DNA from: an uncultured Sulfuricurvum sp.
Lineage (GTDB): Bacteria > Campylobacterota > Campylobacteria > Campylobacterales > Sulfurimonadaceae
Assembly (NCBI GenBank): GCA_903844635.1
Contig: CAIMUF010000052.1
Location: 840-64,839, forward strand
DNA: 64,000 nt
Reading direction: 5' to 3'
Part shown: positions 10,934-22,441 of the stretch, piece after piece
Layout: every line of letters begins with the position of its first letter
Numbering within the stretch: the first letter of the stretch is position 1
The notes under the pieces: generated by a model
Database searches by the model: none
What the model saw: the letters and a program-made list of their open reading frames with translations, nothing else
What the model was told of the DNA's origin: nothing
Translations under genes and position numbers: made by a program

Positions 10934-11386
10934 ATGAAATATTCATTAGCTTTGGCATTCATCCTCAGCGCATCCTTCTTGCAAGCAGGACTCCTATCAT
11001 CGAAAGATGATGTAAAAGTTCGCTGTGTTTACAGTGGCACAGATGGTAATTGTGTAGAGCCCTCTCTAACAGCAACGCATGAACTTGTCATTACTGTCTT
11101 TGGACAAGGTGTTGCACCTACCGTAACCGCTTCACCTGCACAAGCATACGCATTAGCTAAACGTGCGGCATTGGCTGATGGATACCGTCAGATTGCTGAG
11201 CGTGTTCAAGGTGTTCATGTTGAAGGTCAAGATTTTGTCAAAAATATGATGCTTCAGCGCTCAACCGTTCGCACTTCAGTTGAAGCTATGGTACGCGGTG
11301 CTAATGTCATGGATACTACTTTTAAAGACGGTTTATGCGAAGTCGAACTCGAAATCGTCCTCTCCTACTCACAGCTTTCCAAATAA
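10934..11386 (+). CDS. LPP20/FlgP-like exported protein
   Basis: Signal peptide, AKRAALADGYRQIAERVQGV; same position as flgP in the Campylobacter gyrA-flgP-flgQ-flgR-asd synteny. Confidence 0.65.
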   Translation: MKYSLALAFILSASFLQAGLLSSKDDVKVRCVYSGTDGNCVEPSLTATHELVITVFGQGVAPTVTASPAQAYALAKRAALADGYRQIAERVQGVHVEGQDFVKNMMLQRSTVRTSVEAMVRGANVMDTTFKDGLCEVELEIVLSYSQLSK

Positions 11387-11739
11387 TTATTACGTGTACA
11401 CTGATAGGAGATGATTTTCTTATCGGTTACCGCGTTACAACGAAAAACTCTGCTGTTCAAACTGAAAAACTCTCTGTATCAAAATCTATGACTCCGTGCA
11501 ATGGAGTAAAAAAAAATACTTTAATCCTTCCTCGCCAATCAAACGATCTTTTAGTAACAACGCTTAAAAATAATGAAGAAGACTTTTTCACATTCGTAAC
11601 ACAGCAAACATTCCATCTGCAAAGCCATCAAGTCATTGAAGAACAATCTCATAACTCCACCGAAACCCTCACTCTTCCAACACACTGTTATGCAGTCGAG
11701 TTTAATGATGACACTGCTACAATAACCTTATTACAATAA
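11335..11739 (+). CDS. Hypothetical protein, positional equivalent of FlgQ
   Basis: Fills the gap between the flgP-like gene and flgR; start uncertain. Confidence 0.45.
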   Translation: MRSRTRNRPLLLTAFQIIITCTLIGDDFLIGYRVTTKNSAVQTEKLSVSKSMTPCNGVKKNTLILPRQSNDLLVTTLKNNEEDFFTFVTQQTFHLQSHQVIEEQSHNSTETLTLPTHCYAVEFNDDTATITLLQ

Positions 11740-11753
11740 GGGATTTATCTACC

Positions 11754-12908
11754 ATGAAAATTGCCATCGTTGAAGACGATATTAATATGCGTAAATCACT
11801 CGAAATTGCGATGGCAGAGTATCCGCATTTCGAGGTACATACTTTTAAAAATCCCAAAGACGCCCTCAAAAAATTGGATGAATCATTTGAACTTATCATC
11901 AGTGACATCAACATGCCGGGAATGGACGGCATTGAGTTTGCTAAAACATTAGCTGGCAAATATGAAATTATCTTTATTACGGGTAATGCAACTCTTTCAA
12001 AAGCCATCGAATCCATTCAACTTGGTGTCAAAGATTTTCTCCTTAAACCTTTCGAAATTGAAACCCTCGTAGCTGCCATCGAACGAAGCGCTACGGTGCA
12101 AAAAAAGGCAAAAAAAGCTGCCCCAAAATGTACACTGAAATCAGGCTCATTTTTAGGAACTTCACCTGCTCTTGAAAAACTTCTCTCCTATATCCACAAA
12201 GCAGCACGAACGGATGCCAGCATACTGTTACTGGGTGAAAGCGGTGTAGGAAAAGAAGTTTTTGCGTGTCACATTCACGAAAAATCATCTCGATTTGACA
12301 AACCATTTATCGCTATAAACATGGCTGCCATTCCTGAAAATTTGATTGAAAGTGAACTCTTCGGATTTGAAAAAGGCTCTTTTACCGATGCCATAGAAAC
12401 CAAAATAGGACAATTCGAGCTTGCCAGCGGAGGGACCCTCTTTTTGGATGAAATAGCAGAAATGCCTTATTCTCTCCAAGCAAAACTGTTACGAGTATTG
12501 CAAGAACGTGAAATCAGACGCCTTGGCTCCTCAAAAAGTATCAAAATTGATGTTCGAATCATTTGCGCCACCAATGCAAACCTGCAACAAAATATTCAAG
12601 ATGGAAAGTTTAGAGAAGATCTTTATTACCGACTCAACACTATCCCTCTGATTATCCCTCCCTTACGTGAACGCCGTGAAGAAATACTTTCGATTGCAAC
12701 TTCTGTATTAGGACAAAACTGTATCCAATATAATTTTTGTTCGAAAAGCTTTAATGATGAAGCGAAAGCTGCCTTACAGCTCTATACCTGGCCCGGAAAT
12801 ATCCGTGAACTTATCTCAGTGGTTGAACGTGCTGCCATACTCAGCGATGGAGATTGCATCGGTGTGAGTGATCTTTTTTTAGAAGCCCGAGGGTTTGGGA
12901 GAATTTAA
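11754..12908 (+). CDS. flgR: Sigma54-dependent response regulator (FlgR-like)
   Basis: Receiver plus AAA+ domain (GESGVGKE, ESELFG, GSFTDA, FLDEI, WPGNIREL); no C-terminal HTH; synteny. Confidence 0.8.
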   Translation: MKIAIVEDDINMRKSLEIAMAEYPHFEVHTFKNPKDALKKLDESFELIISDINMPGMDGIEFAKTLAGKYEIIFITGNATLSKAIESIQLGVKDFLLKPFEIETLVAAIERSATVQKKAKKAAPKCTLKSGSFLGTSPALEKLLSYIHKAARTDASILLLGESGVGKEVFACHIHEKSSRFDKPFIAINMAAIPENLIESELFGFEKGSFTDAIETKIGQFELASGGTLFLDEIAEMPYSLQAKLLRVLQEREIRRLGSSKSIKIDVRIICATNANLQQNIQDGKFREDLYYRLNTIPLIIPPLRERREEILSIATSVLGQNCIQYNFCSKSFNDEAKAALQLYTWPGNIRELISVVERAAILSDGDCIGVSDLFLEARGFGRI

Positions 12909-12911
12909 CCC

Positions 12912-13018
12912 CGTCATTCCCGCGTAAGCGGGAATCCAGCTCTTTTTAAAATTAAACTATTACTCCAAAAATTAATAACAAATACTCTTAGCTGGATTCC
13001 CGCCTACGCGGGAATGAC
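12912..13018. repeat. Inverted pair of GTCATTCCCGCG-type REP palindromes (REPIN-like)
   Basis: CGTCATTCCCGCGTAAGCGGGAATCCAGC at 12912-12940 and an inverted copy at 12991-13018. Confidence 0.9.
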
Positions 13019-13087
13019 AATACAGTTTTTTACAAGCCCCCTTGCGCTATAATCGCAAAATTATTATCCACTTTTAGGAAATTGTCC

Positions 13088-14116
13088 ATGAAACTTTATA
13101 ACGTTGCAATTGTAGGTGCCAGCGGTGCTGTCGGTGAAGAAATCTTACGTGTTTTCGAGGAAATCGACTTTCCTTTCGCAAAAATTGTCCCTCTTGCCAG
13201 CGCACGAAGCGTTGGGAAAACGGTCATGTTTAACGATCAAGAGCTTCCCATTCAAGAACTAACAAAGACTATTTTTGATGAAGAAAACATTGAAATCGCA
13301 CTTTTTAGTGCCGGTGGAAACATTTCAGCAGAGTTTGCACCGTATGCGGCAGCAGCTGGTGCCGTTGTCATTGACAATACCAGTCACTTTCGTATGTTTG
13401 AGGATGTTCCTCTCGTCGTCCCTGAAGTCAATCCTGAAGACATCGCTCAATGGCGTAACCGTGGTATCATCGCTAACCCGAACTGTTCCACTATCCAAAT
13501 GGTTCAAGCACTCAAGCCTCTGGATGATGCCTATGACTTGCAACGTATTGATGTCAGTACCTACCAAGCGACTTCAGGTGCAGGAAAATCTGCAATGGAA
13601 GAACTTGTTGAGCAAATGCAAGCTTTTTTCTCCTTCAAACTCGATGACGTTGAGCCAAAAAAATTCCCTCATCGCATCGCACTCAATGCCATTCCTCAAA
13701 TCGATTCTTTTACCGACACAGGCTATACAAAAGAAGAATTGAAAATGGTGAATGAGACGCAAAAGATCCTGCACAAAGATATCGAAGTTAGCGCAACGTG
13801 TGTACGTATCCCAACATTACGCGGCCATGCAGAAACGCTTACCCTTACCTTTGACGGCGCAGTCAATGCCGACGAAGCACGTGAACTTTTACGTAAAGCG
13901 CCAAACATTATTATTTTAGATACCCCTGAAGAGAGTATTTATCCAATGCCATCTTTGTGCATGGATCAAAATGAAACGTTTGTCGGGCGTATCCGTAATG
14001 ATTTGTATCGTGAAAATGTTCTTCACTTGTGGGTTGTTGCAGATAATCTGCGCGTAGGTGCTGCCACCAATGCCGTAAGAATTGCCCAAAAATGGGTAGA
14101 AATGCAAGGAGAATAA
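13088..14116 (+). CDS. asd: Aspartate-semialdehyde dehydrogenase
   Basis: GASGAVG, ANPNCST, SGAG, DNLRVGAATNA. Confidence 0.96.
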   Translation: MKLYNVAIVGASGAVGEEILRVFEEIDFPFAKIVPLASARSVGKTVMFNDQELPIQELTKTIFDEENIEIALFSAGGNISAEFAPYAAAAGAVVIDNTSHFRMFEDVPLVVPEVNPEDIAQWRNRGIIANPNCSTIQMVQALKPLDDAYDLQRIDVSTYQATSGAGKSAMEELVEQMQAFFSFKLDDVEPKKFPHRIALNAIPQIDSFTDTGYTKEELKMVNETQKILHKDIEVSATCVRIPTLRGHAETLTLTFDGAVNADEARELLRKAPNIIILDTPEESIYPMPSLCMDQNETFVGRIRNDLYRENVLHLWVVADNLRVGAATNAVRIAQKWVEMQGE

Positions 14117-14117
14117 G

Positions 14118-14642
14118 ATGGATTTCATCGAAAAAATATTTGAACATGGACTTTGGAGTTCACGCTTCATTATCATTTTGGCAGTTATTTTTGGTCTCGT
14201 AGGAGCTGTGTTACTTTTTGCAGTTGCAAGTTTTGATATTTACAACACTGCTGCTTACGTCATTAATACCTACGCTACACACGCGCATCCAGAAGGCTTT
14301 CATGAAGTAGTTGTGGGTGGAATCATCGGTGCTGTCGATCTCTATCTTATCGGTGTCATCATGATTATTTTTTCATTTGGTTTATATGAGCTATTTATTT
14401 CCGATATTGATGCAGCAAAAGATGAAAATGGTCACGAAAATCAACTTCTAGCAGTCCACTCTCTCGATCAGCTCAAAGATAAAATTTCCAAAGTTATCGT
14501 TATGGTTTTGGTTGTTGGATTTTTTCAAAAAGTTGGGCATACGGTATTTGTCGGTGCGTTGGATATGCTTTATCTCGCCCTCTCAATCACGGCAGTTGCA
14601 ATTGCTTTGTATTTCTTAAGTAAAGTAGGACATCATGAGTAA
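14118..14642 (+). CDS. YqhA/UPF0114 family membrane protein
   Basis: VDLYLIG...[11 protein letters not shown] and [17 protein letters not shown] pattern. Confidence 0.8.
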   Translation: MDFIEKIFEHGLWSSRFIIILAVIFGLVGAVLLFAVASFDIYNTAAYVINTYATHAHPEGFHEVVVGGIIGAVDLYLIGVIMIIFSFGLYELFISDIDAAKDENGHENQLLAVHSLDQLKDKISKVIVMVLVVGFFQKVGHTVFVGALDMLYLALSITAVAIALYFLSKVGHHE

Positions 14643-15675
14643 AATTTTTGTAGATGCATGTTTTGGAAAAGAAACATCCCATACTCCAGTATGGATGATG
14701 CGCCAAGCGGGACGTTATCTCCCTGAATACATGGAAGTGCGCAAACGTGCCGGAAATTTTTTAAATCTTTGCCATGCTCCCGATATGGCTGCTGAAGTTA
14801 GCATTCAGCCACTGGATATCGTAGGCGTAGATGCCGCCATTTTATTCAGCGATATTTTAGTCGTCCCTAATGAAATGGGAATGAAGCTCGATTTTATCAA
14901 TGGCGAAGGACCAGTTTTTGAAAAACCGATCACGTGTGAAGAAGATTTAGATACTCTAATCGGTGGAGATGAAGCCGCTTCAAAACTCACTTATGTATAT
15001 GATACGATCAAACTTTTACGCACACAGCTGGATGCACGTGGTGATGATAAAGCATTAATCGGATTTACAGGTGCACCATGGACTCTTGCCACCTATATGA
15101 TCGAAGGGCATGGGACAAAAACGTACAATATTTGTAAAAAAATGATGTACTCCAACCCAGAACTTCTTCATAAGATACTCAAAAAAGTGACTGAAGTGGT
15201 CAAGCTTTACATGGAAAAGCAAATCCAATCGGGCATCGATGTCGTTCAAATCTTTGACAGTTGGGCTGCTGCGATTGAACCTAGCAAGTATGACGAATTT
15301 TCATGGAGCTATATGGTTGAGATTGCAGAGTATCTTAAAACCAAATATCCGCACATCCCTGTTATCATGTTCCCCAAAGGAGTCCCTGCCTTTTTAGATC
15401 ACGTCTATGGTAATTTCGATGTTTTCGGCGTCGATTGGAGCACCCCTATGGCATTAGCAAAAGAAAAATTGGGTGATCGTTATGTTCTCCAAGGCAACAT
15501 GGAGCCATGCCGTTTGTATTCCAAAGAAGAAACAACCGCATCCGTGGAATCACTCCAAGAAATCATGGGTGGAAAACGCCATATCTTTAACCTAGGTCAT
15601 GGAATCCTTCCTGATGTCCCCGTTGAAAATGCAAAACACTTTGTCCGTGAGTGCCAACGAGTCAGTAAAAAATAA
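14635..15675 (+). CDS. hemE: Uroporphyrinogen decarboxylase
   Basis: [27 protein letters not shown]. Confidence 0.96.
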   Translation: MSKIFVDACFGKETSHTPVWMMRQAGRYLPEYMEVRKRAGNFLNLCHAPDMAAEVSIQPLDIVGVDAAILFSDILVVPNEMGMKLDFINGEGPVFEKPITCEEDLDTLIGGDEAASKLTYVYDTIKLLRTQLDARGDDKALIGFTGAPWTLATYMIEGHGTKTYNICKKMMYSNPELLHKILKKVTEVVKLYMEKQIQSGIDVVQIFDSWAAAIEPSKYDEFSWSYMVEIAEYLKTKYPHIPVIMFPKGVPAFLDHVYGNFDVFGVDWSTPMALAKEKLGDRYVLQGNMEPCRLYSKEETTASVESLQEIMGGKRHIFNLGHGILPDVPVENAKHFVRECQRVSKK

Positions 15676-15676
15676 C

Positions 15677-16630
15677 ATGAGTACTATCTTCGGTCCCGTC
15701 CATTCACGTCGCTTTGGCGTGTCGCTTGGGATTGATCTCTCTTCTTCTACTAAGCAATGTAATTTTGATTGTCTTTACTGTGAACTTACCCCTATGCAAG
15801 CTATCAAAGCACAACATACCGTAACCAGTACAGAAACAATCCTACATGATTTAAAAGAAGCACTTCAAAACCACCCCAATATCGATGTCATCACCCTAAC
15901 TGCTAACGGTGAACCGACTATGTATCCATATTTAAATGAACTCATCACCGGCATTGATGCTATCAAGGGAAATATTCAAACCCTCATCCTCTCTAACAGT
16001 GCATCCTTGAGTGATAAAAATATTTTTAATGCCCTATTACGCCTTGATCAAGTTAAATTCTCTCTCGATGCCGCCACCCCAGAAATATTTCGTAAAATCG
16101 ACCGCCCTGCAGAAGGGATCGAGATTACTGATATTATTGAAGCCATCCAACGCTTTTCGCACACTTTTAAAGGTAAGCTTTTTATCGAAATTCTTTTCGT
16201 TCGCGGACTGAACGACACACCAAAAGAAGTTTCAGCGCTCAACACCGCATTGCAAAATGTCCAATGCGAACGTATCGACATCGGCACCATCGACAGACCG
16301 CCAGCCTATCCGGTACAAGGGTTAGAATTTAAAGAACTGTATGAACTATCACACTATTTCGACCCTTCCTTACCTATTCATATCGTTTCACGCACCCATG
16401 CAACCGCGACACCTTCACATTATTCACCAAATGAAATACTAACAACACTCGATAAACGTCCTCTTAGCGACGATGACATCAACGCACTTTTTGACGAAGA
16501 ATCCCAAAAACAGTTCCATATCCTTCTAAATGAAGGAAAAATAACCAAAATTGAACGCTCAAATATCATTTTTTACCTCCCTTTCGAAAATAGTGCAAGA
16601 AAACGACAAAAAATCGCTCAAAAATCTTGA
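15677..16630 (+). CDS. Radical SAM protein
   Basis: IFGPVHSRRFGVSLGIDL, CNFDCLYC, GEPT. Confidence 0.88.
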   Translation: MSTIFGPVHSRRFGVSLGIDLSSSTKQCNFDCLYCELTPMQAIKAQHTVTSTETILHDLKEALQNHPNIDVITLTANGEPTMYPYLNELITGIDAIKGNIQTLILSNSASLSDKNIFNALLRLDQVKFSLDAATPEIFRKIDRPAEGIEITDIIEAIQRFSHTFKGKLFIEILFVRGLNDTPKEVSALNTALQNVQCERIDIGTIDRPPAYPVQGLEFKELYELSHYFDPSLPIHIVSRTHATATPSHYSPNEILTTLDKRPLSDDDINALFDEESQKQFHILLNEGKITKIERSNIIFYLPFENSARKRQKIAQKS

Positions 16631-16655
16631 CAATTAAGACAAAGCTCACTATAAT
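16627..16655 (+). promoter_or_regulatory. Consensus sigma70 promoter of tRNA-Asn
   Basis: TTGACA-17 nt-TATAAT directly upstream of the tRNA. Confidence 0.85.
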
Positions 16656-16672
16656 TACGACCTCTTAAACAT

Positions 16673-16747
16673 TCCGGATTAGCTCAGCGGTAGAGTAGGT
16701 GACTGTTAATCACTTGGTCACTGGTTCGAATCCAGTATCCGGAGCCA
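16673..16747 (+). tRNA. tRNA-Asn (GTT)
   Basis: Acceptor TCCGGAT/ATCCGGA, anticodon loop CTGTTAA, GGTTCGAATCC, encoded CCA; 75 nt. Confidence 0.97.
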
Positions 16748-16939
16748 CACTTTTAAACCAATCACAAAAAACTCCCATAAACCCTTTGTTTCATTGACTA
16801 AAATGCGATATTTTTCATCTTCATAAAAATACTTTTATTAAGCCAATTAATGGGATAATACTTTTCTATTTCATTCTTATTTTATGTGAAATATTGTTTC
16901 AATTTCTAACAAAAATTATTTAAAAATTATGGACATTTA

Positions 16940-17779
16940 ATGAAAAAATCATCCCCTATCTCCGTATGTCTTTTCCCAGCTGCTGGTTATGGAACCCGCT
17001 TTTTACCCGTTACTAAAGCAATGCCTAAAGAGATGCTCCCCGTCTTAACTAAACCTCTCATCCAATACGGTGTCGAAGAGGCTATGGATGCTGGTATGAA
17101 TACTATGGCGATCGTCACTGGTCGTGGAAAACGGGCCATTGAAGATCATTTTGATGTTAGTTATGAACTCGAGCATCAGATCAAGGGAACATCAAAAGAA
17201 AAAATGCTCGCTGACATCCGTCATATCATCGATAAATGTACCTTTTCCTATACTCGTCAAGTACAGATGAAAGGGCTTGGGCATGCTATTCTCACAGGAG
17301 AAACACTGATTGGGGATCAGCCATTTGCCGTTATTTTGGCGGATGACTTATGTGTCAATGACGATGAGGGAGTGCTCACCCAAATGGTTGAACTTTACAA
17401 AAAATATCAATGTTCCATCGTTGCCATAGAAGAGATAGATCCCTCTCAAACCGATAAATACGGGGTAATTGCAGGGGAAGAGATTGAACCCGGAATTTAC
17501 CGTGTCAGCACAATGGTGGAAAAACCTTCTCCCGAAGATGCTCCAACGAACATGGCGATCATAGGACGCTATATCCTAACTCCCGACATATTTAACATTA
17601 TCCGCACTACTAAACCGGGTAAAGGTGGAGAAATTCAAATCACGGATGCCCTCATGGAACAAGCTAAATCTGGAAATGTTATCGCCTATAAATTCCGTGG
17701 TAAACGCTATGACTGCGGAAGCATTGACGGTTACGTCCAAGCCACCATTGAACTCTATGAAAAAGGAAAAAGACAATGA
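16940..17779 (+). CDS. galU: UTP-glucose-1-phosphate uridylyltransferase
   Basis: [31 protein letters not shown]. Confidence 0.95.
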   Translation: MKKSSPISVCLFPAAGYGTRFLPVTKAMPKEMLPVLTKPLIQYGVEEAMDAGMNTMAIVTGRGKRAIEDHFDVSYELEHQIKGTSKEKMLADIRHIIDKCTFSYTRQVQMKGLGHAILTGETLIGDQPFAVILADDLCVNDDEGVLTQMVELYKKYQCSIVAIEEIDPSQTDKYGVIAGEEIEPGIYRVSTMVEKPSPEDAPTNMAIIGRYILTPDIFNIIRTTKPGKGGEIQITDALMEQAKSGNVIAYKFRGKRYDCGSIDGYVQATIELYEKGKRQ

Positions 17780-18666
17780 AAGGCATTATCCTAGCCGGAG
17801 GAAGCGGCACACGCCTTTACCCTATTACCAAGGGCGTAAGTAAACAACTCGTTCCCATCTACGATAAACCGATGGTCTACTATCCTCTATCCGTATTGAT
17901 GCTTGCAGGGATTACCGAAGTTCTTATCATCTCTACTCCTACTGATTTACCACGTTTTGAAGAACTCCTAGGTGATGGCAGTGACATCGGGATGCGCTTT
18001 GAGTATTGTGTTCAGCCTAGTCCGGATGGCTTGGCTCAAGCATTTATCTTGGGTACAGATTTTATCGGAAATGATGATGTGTGTCTCGTGCTGGGTGACA
18101 ATATCTTCCACGGTCATGGTCTCACCAAATTATTAGCACAATCAGTACGCAATGTCACCGAAGAGAAAAAAGCTACCGTATTTGGCTATTGGGTCAAAGA
18201 TCCTGAGCGATATGGGGTTGCCGAATTTGATAAAGAGGGAAATGTTCTCTCCATCGAAGAAAAACCTGCCAAGCCTAAAAGTTCATACGCCGTTATCGGG
18301 CTTTATTTTTATCCCAACAGTGTTGTCGAGATTGCCAAAAACATCAAACCCTCTGATCGTGGCGAACTTGAAATCACTACGGTCAATCAAGAATATTTGG
18401 CTCAAAACGCTCTCAAAGTAGAGCTAATGGGACGCGGGTTTGCATGGCTTGATACGGGTACGCATGAAAGTTTGCTAGAAGCCAGTATGTTCATCCAAAC
18501 CATCGAAAACCGCCAAGGACTCAAAGTCGCTTGTCTCGAAGAGATCGCTTTTGAAATGGGCTATATTTCCAAAGAAAAACTGTTAGAATTAGCGAAACCT
18601 CTTTCTAAAAACCAATACGGTCAATATCTGATCCGTAGAGCCAATGAAGGGAAAGTAGGAGAATGA
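17776..18666 (+). CDS. rfbA: Glucose-1-phosphate thymidylyltransferase
   Basis: [24 protein letters not shown]. Confidence 0.96.
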   Translation: MKGIILAGGSGTRLYPITKGVSKQLVPIYDKPMVYYPLSVLMLAGITEVLIISTPTDLPRFEELLGDGSDIGMRFEYCVQPSPDGLAQAFILGTDFIGNDDVCLVLGDNIFHGHGLTKLLAQSVRNVTEEKKATVFGYWVKDPERYGVAEFDKEGNVLSIEEKPAKPKSSYAVIGLYFYPNSVVEIAKNIKPSDRGELEITTVNQEYLAQNALKVELMGRGFAWLDTGTHESLLEASMFIQTIENRQGLKVACLEEIAFEMGYISKEKLLELAKPLSKNQYGQYLIRRANEGKVGE

Positions 18667-19253
18667 CTTTTACCCGTACAGCAATACCTGATGTAATACT
18701 CATCGATCCCAAAGTGCATGGCGATGCACGCGGCTACTTTGTCGAGACGTTTCGTGCCGATAAACTTGAAGCTTTTTTAGGTTTTCACATCGCATTTTGC
18801 CAAGATAATGAGTCTAAAAGCTCGTATGGAGTGCTACGCGGATTACACTATCAGCTTCCTCCCCATGCACAAACCAAACTCGTACGTGTAATAGAGGGGG
18901 AAGTGCTCGATGTTGCTGTTGATATACGTGAGGGTTCACCAACCTTTGGTCAACACGTAGCGATTCGTCTTTCAGGTGAAAATAAACGCCAGATGCTTAT
19001 TCCTCGCGGGTTTGCTCATGGATTTGTTGTCCTCTCTGAACACTGTACCTTCGCGTACAAAGTCGATAATTATTACAGTATCGAATGTGATCGCGGTATG
19101 GCCTTTGATGATCCTGCTTTAAATATTGACTGGATAGTTGAAAAAGCTCAACTTCAACTTTCTGCTAAAGATACAGGACAACCAAGCTTTGCCAATGCCG
19201 ATCACTTTGACTTTAGTGAAAACCTATACACCCTAAAGGGTACAGATGTCTAA
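18663..19253 (+). CDS. rfbC: dTDP-4-dehydrorhamnose 3,5-epimerase
   Basis: [21 protein letters not shown]. Confidence 0.96.
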   Translation: MTFTRTAIPDVILIDPKVHGDARGYFVETFRADKLEAFLGFHIAFCQDNESKSSYGVLRGLHYQLPPHAQTKLVRVIEGEVLDVAVDIREGSPTFGQHVAIRLSGENKRQMLIPRGFAHGFVVLSEHCTFAYKVDNYYSIECDRGMAFDDPALNIDWIVEKAQLQLSAKDTGQPSFANADHFDFSENLYTLKGTDV

Positions 19254-20115
19254 AATTCTCGTTATGGGTTCAAATGGACAGCTTGGAAGCGAATTGCAAG
19301 CCATTCACACTCTTTATCCCCAGCACGATTTTACCTTTGCCGATCGTAACACACTGGATTTAGCCAATCTCTGTAAACTGGAAGATTATTTTGAAGATAG
19401 GACATTTGATGCCATCATCAACTGTGCCGCTTACACCGCTGTGGACAAAGCCGAATCCGACGAAGAACTTGCCAACACGATCAATCATCGTGCCGTATCC
19501 TTGCTCGCAAAAATTGCCAAAAAGAAAGATATTGCACTCATTCACGTTTCAACCGACTATGTCTTTGACGGCAAAAATCACCGTCCTTACCTCGAAACCG
19601 ACCACACCGATCCGCAAGGGGTTTACGGACGAACTAAACGTGATGGTGAGAACGCCATTTTAGACGTTGCACCCAAAAACACACTCATCATTCGTACGTC
19701 TTGGGTCTATTCGTCCTTTGGAGCTAACTTTGCAAAAACCATGCTTCGATTAGGTAAAGAACGAGATTCACTTGGGGTAATCTTCGATCAAGTCGGAACT
19801 CCAACCTACGCGCGGGATTTAGCCAAAGCAATTTTAGATATGCTTCCACAAATCAACACTACAACACCTGAGATTTATCACTACAGCAACGAAGGTGCCA
19901 TCAGCTGGTATGATTTTGCTCACGCCATATTCGAACTCTCCGATATCAAATGTCAGGTCAATCCCATCACCATCGATCAATACCCAACACCAGCAACACG
20001 CCCCCATTACAGCCTGCTCAACAAAGCAAAAATAAAAAACGACTTTGAAATCATTATCCCTTATTGGAGAGATGCTCTCAAAGAATGTTTAAAAGAATTA
20101 GGAGAAATAAAATGA
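19246..20115 (+). CDS. rfbD: dTDP-4-dehydrorhamnose reductase
   Basis: GSNGQLG, AAYTAVDKAE, STDYVFDG, YGRTK. Confidence 0.95.
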   Translation: MSKILVMGSNGQLGSELQAIHTLYPQHDFTFADRNTLDLANLCKLEDYFEDRTFDAIINCAAYTAVDKAESDEELANTINHRAVSLLAKIAKKKDIALIHVSTDYVFDGKNHRPYLETDHTDPQGVYGRTKRDGENAILDVAPKNTLIIRTSWVYSSFGANFAKTMLRLGKERDSLGVIFDQVGTPTYARDLAKAILDMLPQINTTTPEIYHYSNEGAISWYDFAHAIFELSDIKCQVNPITIDQYPTPATRPHYSLLNKAKIKNDFEIIIPYWRDALKECLKELGEIK

Positions 20116-21170
20116 ACACTATTTTAGTCACCGGATGCGCCGGATTTATCGGGAGCAACTTCGTCCCTTACTTTTTAGACAAATATCCAGAAGTTCGTCT
20201 CATTAACCTAGACCTTCTCACTTATGCCGGCGATATGGCAAATCTCTCTGATGCACCACAAAGCGATCGTCATATCTTCGTCCAAGGAGACATTTGTGAC
20301 CGTTCTCTTGTCGAGTCACTTTTTACCCAATACGACATTCGTGGCGTGATTCATTTCGCGGCTGAGAGTCACGTCGATAACAGCATCAAAAACCCAGGTG
20401 TCTTTGTCCAAACCAACGTCAATGGAAGTTTTATCCTTATCGATGTTGCCTACAAAGCATGGATGGAAAAACCGTTCACCTACCGTCATTCCGGACTAGA
20501 TCCGGAATCCACTCCCCGTTTCCACCATATCAGCACCGATGAAGTCTACGGAACGCTAGGAGAAACAGGACTCTTTACTGAAGAGACATCTTATGCTCCT
20601 AACAGCCCTTACAGTGCATCCAAAGCAGGAAGCGATATGATCGTCCGCAGTTACCACCATACCTACGGCATGAACACTGTCATCACTAACTGTTCGAACA
20701 ACTATGGTCCAAAACAGCATAACGAAAAACTAATCCCGACCGTTATCCGCAAAGCACTAGCCGGCGAGAATATCCCTGTCTACGGTGACGGTAAAAACAT
20801 CCGTGATTGGCTCTATGTCCTCGACCACTGTAAGGGGATTGATTTGGTTTATCACAACGGAAGATCAGGGGAAGTCTATAATATCGGTGGACGCAATGAG
20901 CGCAACAACAATCAAATCGTTGAACGTATCTGCAGCTTGCTCGATGAGATGCACCCTCGTCATCCTGAACTTGATTCAGGATCTACCCCATCTTATAAAG
21001 ACCTTATCACCTACGTCGAAGACCGAGCAGGACACGACCGTCGTTATGCTATCGATGCTACCAAACTCGAAACAGAACTGGGATGGAAAGCTCAAGAGAC
21101 GTTTGATACGGGGATTTTGAAAACGATCGAGTGGTATCTAAAAAAATACAGTAATAATAACGATGACTAA
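20112..21170 (+). CDS. rfbB: dTDP-glucose 4,6-dehydratase carrying two REP-encoded peptide inserts
   Basis: [44 protein letters not shown]. Confidence 0.95.
   Translation: MNTILVTGCAGFIGSNFVPYFLDKYPEVRLINLDLLTYAGDMANLSDAPQSDRHIFVQGDICDRSLVESLFTQYDIRGVIHFAAESHVDNSIKNPGVFVQTNVNGSFILIDVAYKAWMEKPFTYRHSGLDPESTPRFHHISTDEVYGTLGETGLFTEETSYAPNSPYSASKAGSDMIVRSYHHTYGMNTVITNCSNNYGPKQHNEKLIPTVIRKALAGENIPVYGDGKNIRDWLYVLDHCKGIDLVYHNGRSGEVYNIGGRNERNNNQIVERICSLLDEMHPRHPELDSGSTPSYKDLITYVEDRAGHDRRYAIDATKLETELGWKAQETFDTGILKTIEWYLKKYSNNNDD
20484..20516 (+). repeat. In-frame REP palindrome inside rfbB (RHSGLDPESTP)
   Basis: CGTC-ATTCCGGA-CTAGA-TCCGGAAT-CC, perfect 8-bp stem. Confidence 0.85.
20958..20990 (+). 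repeat. In-frame REP palindrome inside rfbB (RHPELDSGSTP)
   Basis: CGTC-ATCCTGAA-CTTGA-TTCAGGAT-CT, perfect 8-bp stem. Confidence 0.85.
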
Positions 21171-21185
21171 AAATAGAAGTTACTG

Positions 21186-21416
21186 ATGAAAAATATGACT
21201 GTAGCAGATATAATACAAAAGCTAAATCAATTACCGCAGGATGCTTTAGTATTAGTCGATGGATATGAAGGCGGATTAGATGCAGTTATAGATACTAAAG
21301 TAATCCATATTCTTTACGATGAAAAAAAAGAGTGGTACTATGGTCCATATGAAGACTCTGAAAATTCCACTCAAGTAGGTGTTTATCTTTTAAGTACGCG
21401 AGGTAAGAGACATTGA
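21186..21416 (+). CDS. Small hypothetical protein
   Basis: 76-aa ORF coupled to the downstream MNT gene; MTVADIIQKLNQLPQD...VDGYEGG. Confidence 0.65.
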   Translation: MKNMTVADIIQKLNQLPQDALVLVDGYEGGLDAVIDTKVIHILYDEKKEWYYGPYEDSENSTQVGVYLLSTRGKRH

Positions 21417-21741
21417 TTGACATTGAAACACTTAAAGCCGAAATTATAGAACGATTAAAACCACTTAATCCCCAAAAAATCATACTCTTTGGAAGCTATG
21501 CGTATGGAACTCCTACAGAAGATAGCGATATAGATTTATACGTAGTGACTAATGATGAATTTATGCCTCAAAACTGGAAAGAGAAGAGTGAAGTTCATTT
21601 AAAAGTCGCAAAAGCTATAGAAGAAATAATGAAAAAATTTCCCACAGATTTAATAACTCACACTAAAGCTATGCATGAGAAATTTAAAGAAATGGATAGT
21701 ATGTTCAGTAGAAAAATATTAAATGAAGGGATCGTTATACG

Positions 21742-21745
<4 letters not shown>
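21413..21745 (+). CDS. Minimal nucleotidyltransferase (MNT antitoxin-like)
   Basis: LFGSYAYGTPTEDSDIDL (GS-x10-DxD). Confidence 0.88.
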
Positions 21746-22309
<564 letters not shown>

Positions 22310-22441
22310 ATATTTTTTTCATTATGTACGTATCATGTAGCAAGCATTCACAAGTCATTGCTAACCAAAAAAATAACCTTTTAAGCTTTAAAAGTCTATA
22401 ATAATATCTTTAATATAATTTAACATTGCTCAGAGGTTTCT

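Noticed and set aside
16673-16940. tRNA-Asn as the attachment site of an LPS genomic island
   Set aside because: No integrase and no duplicated tRNA 3' end seen in the window
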